A stretch of DNA of 64,000 nucleotides from Lytechinus pictus. Taxonomy: Eukaryota. Shown one piece after another: positions 54,807 to 64,000 of this stretch (its first letter is position 1; each line of letters opens with the position of its first letter). Made by a program: the position numbers and the translations under genes. Location: the NCBI RefSeq assembly GCF_037042905.1, contig NC_087250.1, positions 27,840,001 through 27,904,000 of the forward strand. The letters run 5' to 3'. Below the pieces are notes generated by a model. It made no database searches and was not told where the DNA came from. It saw only the letters and a list, made by a program, of their open reading frames with translations.

Positions 54807-54967
54807 TACCTCGGTCACATTTGCTCTATGGCAGCCATACGGCAAGTAAAGAACAGCCTTTTTAACATTTTTTTGTACCAGCTACATAGGTGGTGTGAAT
54901 AAAAATGAATAAAACGGCTGTTTTTGACTCGCCGTACGGCCGCCGTAGAGCAAATCTGACTGAGGTA
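54807..54967. mobile_element. Short palindromic MITE
   Basis: tacctcggtcacatttgctcta / tagagcaaatctgactgaggta. Confidence 0.75.
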
Positions 54968-55116
54968 CTAGTATTAGTTTCATATTCCTGTTGCATGGCC
55001 CGAATATACATAAAATGGATGTTTGGATTACTATAAATAATAAATTGTTCTAATTTCTGTTTTGGGCATAAAATTTTGTATTCCTTTCATTCTGAATTTT
55101 TACTCTTTTAACTTAG

Positions 55117-55234
55117 ATTGATCTGAAACTGGACCCTAAAGATTTGAGGATAGAAACAAAGAAAGCTAGTGGAGCAGGAGGTCAGCATGTGAATACAACG
55201 GACAGTGCTGTTAGAACCACTCATATACCAACAG
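55117..55234 (+). CDS. MTRF1L: MTRF1L exon with catalytic GGQ ([25 protein letters not shown])
   Basis: cttag| acceptor, GGQ motif, CAG|GTATTA donor, 118 nt. Confidence 0.97.
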
Positions 55235-55294
55235 GTATTATATATCTACTACAGACAGGTATTATACATATGGGGGTTTTCTGCCCTAAGACTA

Positions 55295-56750
55295 CGGTGC
55301 GTCCCAACAAAAACTATACACTTTTGAAATAGCTGCCAAATAAAAAGTATATAACTTTTGGGGAAATACTTATATATATGGAAAGCCAATAAAGTCATCT
55401 TTCAAATGACATCAAAATGTTGGAAAACTATTCATGCTTGAGTGAGCACTAGCCACTTAAACAAAGGGTGGGCAGGAATTAGCCTCTCGGTTTCTTTCAG
55501 TTTTTGAGAGGCGAGTCCCTTGGAACTTGCAAACTTGAGGGTGTTGGGATGAATTAATGGTCATTCATTATCAATTTAAATTGTTAGAGCAAATTTCATG
55601 AATTATCAAATTGAAATTCCATGCATGAGTGAGCGTGAATTGCAAATCTTTAGTGCAGCATTTTAACTTTACAATGTGGGTCTCAGCAGTGTGTTTATTG
55701 GAGTCCGGAGAATGGGGGTAAGAAACGACTTCAATGGGTGAAGTAAGCTGATGCGAAAAGGGTCAACAGAACGTTTAGCCTCCCTCCTACAGGTCCATCC
55801 CACCCCTCCTGTTGAGATGGAAGCTGATTGCTATTACATGTACGCATTAAGTGCAGAGTGGACTGTAAATTTGATAATAAATTCTGAAAATTAGGTCATC
55901 AACTTTTACCTATCAATCATTGAATCAACAATCTGTTAGTAAATCAACTCAGTCAATGTGATCAATCAAATATTCATCTTTTTCAATTAATTATCAATCA
56001 AACATTTAGCTTTTTCAATAAATCTTTTCATAAATCATCATCATTAGTCAAGTTCTTAATAATCATTCAATGGAAAAGAAAGACCCATCAACCATAAGTC
56101 ACTTGGCATTTAAGTTTTAAATACCATCCAGGAGAAAGAAAGGGGGTGGAGGGCGGGCGTGAGTACACGACATGTAATTTGTAAGAGAACACAAAGAAGA
56201 ATGCCCCTTTAACCCAGTCTTACCCTATCTCATCCCCTTGCATGTAACAGGTACCATCACATTACTCTGACTCTCACAACCACACTTGCTAAGATCCACA
56301 TAATAAACTAAAAATGCTACACTAAAATTACAATTCCTGTTTACTCATGCATTACATTTCAATTTAGTAACTCATTAAATTTGCTTAAGAAACCAAAACT
56401 GATCTCAATTCATCAGTAATTTAGCATAACACCCTTAACTTTGCAAGTTTCAAAGAACTCACCTCTAAAAAAAAGTGGAAGGCTAATTCCTGCTCACCCT
56501 AGCAAATGCTAGCCTCTTAGGAGGGGTGAAAGGGGTAGAGAGGGGGGGGGGGGTTAAGTGTTCTGTTGACCCATATCCCGTCAACCTACTTCCCCCACCT
56601 AAGACCCATCCCTATTCTGACTTCCATGAACACATTGCTGAGATCCACTTGAAAAAGTGAAAAATTGTATTTCATGTTCACTCATGCATTAAATTTCAAT
56701 TTAATAATTCTTGAAATTTGCTCTAAAAAGTAAAAACCTAAACTGATAAT
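55295..56750 (+). mobile_element. Tc1-like non-autonomous element remnant
   Basis: Begins ta-cggtgcgtccca; shares sequence with 1985-2697 and 3075-3718. Confidence 0.55.
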
Positions 56751-56759
56751 GCTTGATCA

Positions 56760-57272
56760 TTGATTTATCAAAACACCCTCAACACTGCAGCACGTTTGGT
56801 CACCCTATCCAAAAAACATGTTCATATCACACCCATTCTGAAGTCTCTACATTGGTTAAAGGTCAACGATCGCATCATCTTCAAAATCCTTCTCCTTGTA
56901 TTCCATGCAATTAACAGCTCTGCTCCACAGTACAATATTAATCTAATCAACAAATACACTCCTGTCAGGTCCCTACATTCATCCAACTCTGGTTCCCTAG
57001 TTATTCCCAAATCCGTTAAGACATGGGGGTTCAAGCTTTTGCTCATGCTGGCCCTGTTCTCTGGAATGATCTTCCCCTGGTAATCCGAGAATGCACTTCT
57101 ATCGACACATTTAAACGTTACCTTAAGACTCGTCTATTCAATGATTCTTACTCTTAATTGTTCCTGAATCTATTACTATTATATTTGTACTTTTTTTCTT
57201 TCTTTCACTGCGCCTTGTGCACTCTGCCGAGTGGATTCGGCGCATTACAAATCACATATATTATTATTATTA
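56760..57272 (+). mobile_element. 5'-truncated L2/CR1-group LINE (ORF2 C-terminus plus 3' UTR)
   Basis: NTAARLV...HITPILKSLHWLKV..RIIFKILLLVF...APQY motif typical of L2-group ORF2 ends; frameshifted; (TTA)n tail. Confidence 0.85.
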
Positions 57273-57810
57273 TAAAAGAAAGGTCTGATGAAACACATGA
57301 CCACCATCCCATGTTATCAATATTTTTTTATCGATACAGTCCTTTATATCAAACGTTAGAAGTTATCTTTATGAATCTTGAATATTTGGTGCATTATACA
57401 TTATTTTGTCTGGGGTTTGTCAGGTTTGCTTTTATTTTGTTCAATGCTATGTTAATTAGTGTTTTGCATCTTATGTCTTGTTTTAATTTTCAATCTTACT
57501 TCTTTTTAAGTTATTTTTTTTTAGGATCAAATGGAAGGACAGGTATATTTTGTAAATATCACTGAAATGGGCTACCCTTCATTGAAAAAATTGTTTTGAT
57601 TTTCACTTATTTTATTTGTGATTTTAATATGGAAAGTAAAAAAACCAAACAAACAATCAAAAACTAGGTGAGAGAAGTAGATGTGAACAATTGAGCATAT
57701 AAGCAATCAAATTCAAGTTGCAGCATCTTCAACAAGTCTTTGACAAAAGATATATATTTTACTTCTTTCTTATGCCTATTTAGTTCAATTTTGTTTTGAT
57801 CTTGAATAAG

Positions 57811-58172
57811 GTATCTCGGCTGAAAGTCAACAAGAGCGTTCCCAACACAAGAATCGTTCGATTGCCATGACGATGCTACAGACTCGAATCTACAACCGGA
57901 TCCTTGAAGACCAGACCAACTCTGAAAGATCGATGCGTCGTTCACAGGTGGGCACAAGAGGGCGCTCTGAAAAGATTCGTACTTATAATTACCAGCAAGA
58001 TAGGATCACGGACCATCGGATCAGTCGTAGTATCCATGGAGTAATGGAGTATCTACTAGGATCTGAACACTTAGATGAAATGATGGTTAGTTGTATGGAA
58101 GGCGAGGAGTGTCAGAATATACAAGAAAGAATCCTAGAAGTTTATGATATGAGCAAAGAGAACTCAAGATAG
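57811..58172 (+). CDS. MTRF1L: MTRF1L last coding exon (SQQERSQHKNR...GRSEKIRTYNYQQDRITDHRI)
   Basis: aag| acceptor in phase with the GGQ exon; conserved RF1 C-terminal motifs; TAG at 58170-58172. Confidence 0.95.
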
Positions 58173-58938
58173 GATCACGGACCATCAGATCACTCATAGT
58201 ATCAATGGAGTATCTACTAGGATCTGAATTCTTAGGTGAGATGATGGTTAGTTGTATGGAAGGCGAGGAGTTGGAAGGGGGAGGGGTCACTGTTACTAGC
58301 AGGTAGACCTAATGGTCGTATACAGACTTCCCCAGAATTTCTCTATTGATTTGCCCATCTTACAGTACCCTAAACAAATATATATTTATTCCCTAAACTA
58401 AATGATGTCTCAAATGTTGTATTGTAATGAAAATGTGAAGCTTATACCCTTTCCATGAAATTTTATACCCTTTTTACTGGATGTGCTGATATTGCCTGGC
58501 TGTTGAAAACAAGACATTTTACTTGTTATTTTAAATGTGCATTGTGGGCAACTTACTTTTTGTAGTTGTCCTATATTGAACAAATTTACTTGAAATTAAA
58601 GCATCTTCAAAATGAATATTCTCTGTAGTTTTTCTTTGATTCCTTGTTTTATACATTATTTTCATCTGTTTCGTCTCAAACATTATTATAATCACAAAAT
58701 TATTAGATCGATTTTAGAATCAATTATTCTTTTTATTTGTACATGAAATTTCTAGGAATTTTCTTGCGGTACAAAAGAATTGGTCTCTTATGATTTGAAA
58801 GAAGGAATTAAAAAAAGAAACCAAACAGATTGTGCGCCAAATGAATCCAGTTGAAACCTGTTTATCATCATTAACCTTCTGTCAGGGAAAAAATTTAATA
58901 GATTTAATTCCTTTGATTAGACATATGTTCTGACTTAG

Positions 58939-59643
58939 CCCTAATAAGACTAGGGGGCCCTTCTTGACATTTTTGGGATAAATCTGCCGCACAAATTTTT
59001 TTGACCGCGTCGTTCGCTGAATTTTTTACTTTCAAGTCTCGCGCAACTTTTGACACCAAAATTGCAACCCCCGGGTACGTGGTTCCAAAATTAGGCAACA
59101 TTTTGTAAGTGCATGCAGACACAAAATTTCTCGAAAACATGAATTTGTGTACAAATCCAATGGAAATAGTATTTTGAGCCAAAATTCATGAATGTATCAT
59201 TATTTTTCCTTTTACTGCTTAAAATCAATTAATTTCATCTTGTCTATGGTAACAATAAAAAACTAAAAGTCGAAAAACAAAGAAATACATAAGAAATTTA
59301 GAATACAATAAAATATATACGAAATAAATGTGATGTTGATTTTTTTACAATAAATTTGATCAGATTCCTATAAAGAGTCTGTGAAACAATATTTAGCATT
59401 TTAGGGTCAGTATTTAGTTAATTAGAGCAAACAGTTGATTTTACGCATAAATTAGCCTAATTATTTAGCAATGAGATTTTTCTCAGAATTTGATCTCATA
59501 GTTTTATAGATTATGCCACGGGTAACGCGCGTGCCAATTTTCGTTGCGATAGCGTGATTGACGGCCGAGATCATAAGGGGGGCTGAATCAGCCCCCCCCC
59601 CCTCAGTCTTCTTAGTCGTCGAAATGGCCCAGTCTTTTTAGGG
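58939..59643. mobile_element. piggyBac-like MITE related to 53860-54553
   Basis: ccctaataagact / agtctttttaggg, flanked by TTAG on both sides; internal homology to the 53860 element. Confidence 0.8.
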
Positions 59644-60914
59644 TTAGAGATAGTTCATGTGTTGGAAATATTTCGACCCCGGTTATGGTTTGTACATGTG
59701 TTAGGAATATTAATTAAATCCCAGTCAGGTGGATGCCATATTTTATACAAGTGTTGGAAATATCAGTCTTTAATGCACAAGAAGTTCTCTTTTGTAACAG
59801 GAATATTTTACTTCATATGCTTTATGCACTCATCTATTCTTAACATTTTTATGAGTGCTTTCCTAGTTATGATAGATATGGTATAATGGGCAGTTGATTT
59901 TAGTTTATCAGGGAGAACCACCTAAAGCTAATACAGACCATAGATCTCCGTTTAGGCAGTAAAGGTTATCTGAGGGAGTCCACGTCGGTGACGAGACTAC
60001 GAGCCCAGCTGCCGCCCGGTTCTCCATCGACATGCTATTCATGTCAATATCCGGGGCTCGATCTCATCCGTAATCGTCGAAGTCCAATCTGAGGGGCATC
60101 GGCATCTGCAGAGCCCAGGGGACCGACTACCGGGGGCCAAGTGGAGCAACGTCAGACGGACAATGATTCTTCTTTATTCTGCCTAAGTTAAGTTATATTT
60201 ATTTGTGATCATTTCCATATCCATATATATCATGAATGTTTATTTTCTGAAACAAACCGAAATCAGAGAAATGGTGGATGTATCATCATTAACCTTCAAA
60301 CTATTAAACTTAAACAGTTAAAATGACTTATCTGTTTGGATGGTCTTGAAGACTGCCTAATAAAGGTGGGGGGGGGGGGGTTATGATGCATACACCCCCA
60401 TGGTGGACGTAGCATACCCCCCCCTCCCCCTCGCTACATATCAGCATCAAAATTTGGCACACCTCTTAGTTCACATTTCTCACGTGAAGTAAAAGACTTT
60501 ACATAGGCCTATATTGTAAATAAAAATAAACATCAAAAGTTTGTTTCATCCAAATTGAAATAATTGCACATATTTTTTGTTTGAATATCAGCAACTAATT
60601 CACTTGTTTGACTTGTTCAAATTAATAATTGTCTTCTTTTCAGTGTCACCAAGTCAACATTAATTCTTGATTGAATCGTGTTATGCAGGGGAGACCTGTC
60701 AGGGGGCGTTCCTCTTATTAATTATTTGTACAAAAATGTTTGCTTTTTCAGATCACAGCAGTTCATGCGATGGCAATTTGATTTATCTGTCAGTATTAGC
60801 TTTTGATCTTTTATATGATTCATAGCTAATGTAAACATGGTAAAACAGAGATAAGTCATTTTAAGAGGCCTTCACATAATGCAGAGGTTGGACATACATA
60901 CACTATGGAATATC

Positions 60915-61200
<286 letters not shown>

Positions 61201-61291
61201 GTATTCCATTTCCTTACTCCCCCTTTAATTAATTTATTTCTTTCCCTACCTGAAAATCATAAATATTGAAAAATTACAAGAATAAAATTAT

Positions 61292-61580
61292 ATGCAGTTA
61301 AATGATAAACCTCTTAGACTAACAGAGAGGAGGAGGAGACTTGCAAAACATGTCTCAAGAATTATTATGTTCTTAAAAATGCAATATCCTGGTAACCTAC
61401 CGGTAATGGAAGAAGGAAAAGCTCGAGGCTGTCCCAAGCACCCCTGGCGACGGACTTTCTTCAAAGACTTAGAGTTGACCCATATCTTTATACCAATCTC
61501 TTGGAGGTTAAAGCGGTCACAGATAATGATAGCTTGTTACCTATAAATGCACTACACAGGAGGGACTAAGTGGTAAGTAA
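61292..61580 (+). mobile_element. Degenerate RTE-clade LINE 3' remnant (duplicated at ~63404-63685)
   Basis: RRRRLAKHVSR...EGKARGCPKHPWRRTF.KDL resembles the RTE ORF C-terminal RW.GHV.R...G.R.RGRP..W...DL motif; ends ggagggactaagt. Confidence 0.55.
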
Positions 61581-62561
61581 AAAAAATAGGAGTATTTCTG
61601 CATCTGATATCCCCTCCCTACCTCCTATTGGTGCCTAATGTGGTCCAAAGTATCACTATTCATATTTAGTAGTTTATTTGATATTCTGATATCATAAAAA
61701 CAAATATTAAAATTGCTCTGAAACAGATCAGATAATGACAGTTATAATCGCTGTTAAAATTTTCAGATAGAGTCTGTTGACTACATGCATACATCCCCAC
61801 TGTGGATGTATCATAATTAACCTTCAAACTATTAAATTTAAAACAACTTGGCTGTTTGGATGGTCATGAAGACTGCCCAATGGAAGGGGGGGGGGTTATG
61901 ATACATACACCCCACGGGATACCCCCCCCCCTTTCACCAAAAAAATTGGCACACCTCTCAGTTCACATATCTTACGTGTAGTAAAAGACTGTACATAGGC
62001 CTATATTGTAAATAAAAAATAAAGATCAAAATTGAAATAATTGCACATATTTTTGTCACCAAGTCAACATTAATTCTTGATTGAATCGTGTAATGCAGGG
62101 GAGACCTGTCAGGGGGGCGTTCCTCTTGTTAATAATTTGTCAACTTGAGGTTGTTTGTTTTTTCATATCAGATCACATCAGTTCACGCGATGGCGCTTTC
62201 ATTTATCTGTGAGCATTAGCTTTTGATCTTTAATATGATTCATAGCTTATGTAAACATGGTAAAACAGAGATAACTCATTTCAAGAGGCCTTCACAAAAT
62301 GAAGAGGTTGGACATACATACACTATGGAATAGCTCTTTTGTTGATTCATCGCTATCATAAATTGAATCTACACCAGGGGGCCGTTTCATAAAGCTGTTT
62401 GTAAGTTAAGAGCGACGTTAAGTACAACTGGTGATCCTTTCTTACGCGCTAAACCATCTCCAATGAATATACCATTTACCACAATAAAGGATCACCAGTC
62501 GTAGCAAATAAGATATCTTGAGAGGGGTGGGGCAAAATGAGTGACAATTCTTTCTCTTTAA

Positions 62562-63148
62562 AGGGGAATGAAACCTTTGGAATAAGTAGGCTTGTGTCGA
62601 AACAGAAAAATAAGAGAATAAGAACAAAGAAAGTTTGAGAAAAATCGGACAAATAATGAGAAAGTTATGAGCATTTGAATATTGCAATCAATAATGCTAT
62701 GGAGATCCTCCCATTGGCAATGCGACAAGGATGTGTGATGTCACATGTGAACAACTTTCCCTTTGATGGACTATAAAATACCCTCAAAATGTCTCTTTCT
62801 GCTTTTTCTTGTGATGATACAAACTCTTTATCCATGATGTATTCTTTAAAAATCTGTATTACATGCCCTCCTATATAAAAAGAACACATGATCTACTGAT
62901 AGATGAGATAAAAGAGGCAATTTAAGTGAAATATATACTAAAGTATTGGGGAGAGTTGTTCACAAGTGACATCACACATCTTTGTCGCATTGCCAATTTG
63001 AGGATCTCCATAGCATTAGAGATCGCAATATTCAAATGCTCATAACTTTCTCATTATTTGTCCGATTTTTCTCAAACTTTCGTTGATCTGTTTCTTTGAT
63101 TTGTCTGTTTTCACACAAGCTATCGTGTTCTAAAGATTTCATTCTCCT
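62562..63148. mobile_element. Kolobok-like foldback MITE (TTAA TSD)
   Basis: ttaa-aggggaatgaaacctttgg / aaagatttcattctcct-ttaa; long inverted arms. Confidence 0.85.
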
Positions 63149-64000
63149 TTAATGAATAATATATCTATAGAGTCTAAACCTACCTTCTTGTCCGTTTCTT
63201 TTTTTCTTTCTTTCTTTCTCTCTCTCTTTATTTATTTCTTTTGTTCTTTCTTTCCTTCCTTCCTTCTCCTCCTCCTCCCTCTTCTTTTTCTTCTCCTCCT
63301 CCTTCTCCTTCTGTATTCCATTTCCTTACTCCCCCTTTAATTTCTTTATTTCTTTCCCTACCTGAAAATCATAAATATTGAAAAATTACAAGAATAAAAT
63401 TATATGCAGTTAAATGATAAACCTCTTAGACTAACAGAGAAGAGGAGGAGACTTGCAAAACATGTCTCAAGAATTATTATGTTCTTAAAAATGCAATATC
63501 CTGGTAACCTAATGGAAGAAGGAAAAGCTCGAGGCTGTCCCAAGCATCCGTGGCAACAGACTTTCTTCAAAGACTTAGAGTTGACCCATATCTTTATACC
63601 AATCTCTTGGAGGTTAAAGCGGTCACAGATAATGATAGCTTGTTACCTATAAATGCACTACACAGGAGGGACTAAGTGGTAAGTAAAAAAAACAGGAGTA
63701 ATTCTGCACCTGATATCCCCTCCCTACCTCCTATTGGCGCCTAATGCGGTCCAAAGTATCACTATTCATATTTAGTAGTTTATTTGATATTCTGATACGA
63801 ATGCTATTTTCTCACCAGCATTATATCATAAAAACAAATATTAAAATTTCTCTGATCAGATAAGGAGAGCTATAAGTGTTGTTAAAATTGTCAGATAGAG
63901 TCATATTCTGTTGCTGATAAATTGTGATCTGAATCAAGTCTAGGTTTACACATTCAGATTTTAAATAATTGTGAACAGGTAATGTAACTTCTAAATTTTC

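Overview
AT-rich, intron-containing animal (invertebrate) genomic DNA. The repeat content resembles sea urchin or another echinoderm, which is an inference. Two protein-coding genes are readable, both on the + strand. (1) A two-coding-exon gene (19703-20222 + 23999-25578, 699 aa) joins an N-terminal TIR-like domain to a coiled coil and an NHL-like beta-propeller. It looks like a TRIM-NHL-type C-terminus with TIR in place of RING/B-box. (2) A mitochondrial class-1 release factor gene (MTRF1L/mtRF1a; PKT and GGQ motifs) has exons from 43027 to 58172. It carries a ~6.5 kb intronic satellite of ~99 x 65-bp units, each made of the last 19 codons of the preceding exon plus its 5' splice site, with higher-order structure. 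It also appears to lack one expected exon, and two other exon ends are duplicated. The rest is a mosaic of local segmental duplications with decayed exons of unidentified genes, tRNA-derived SINEs, LINE remnants, many nested non-autonomous DNA transposons (hAT-, Tc1-, Kolobok- and piggyBac-like by TSD and termini), and micro/minisatellites. Most short ORFs in the supplied track are spurious.
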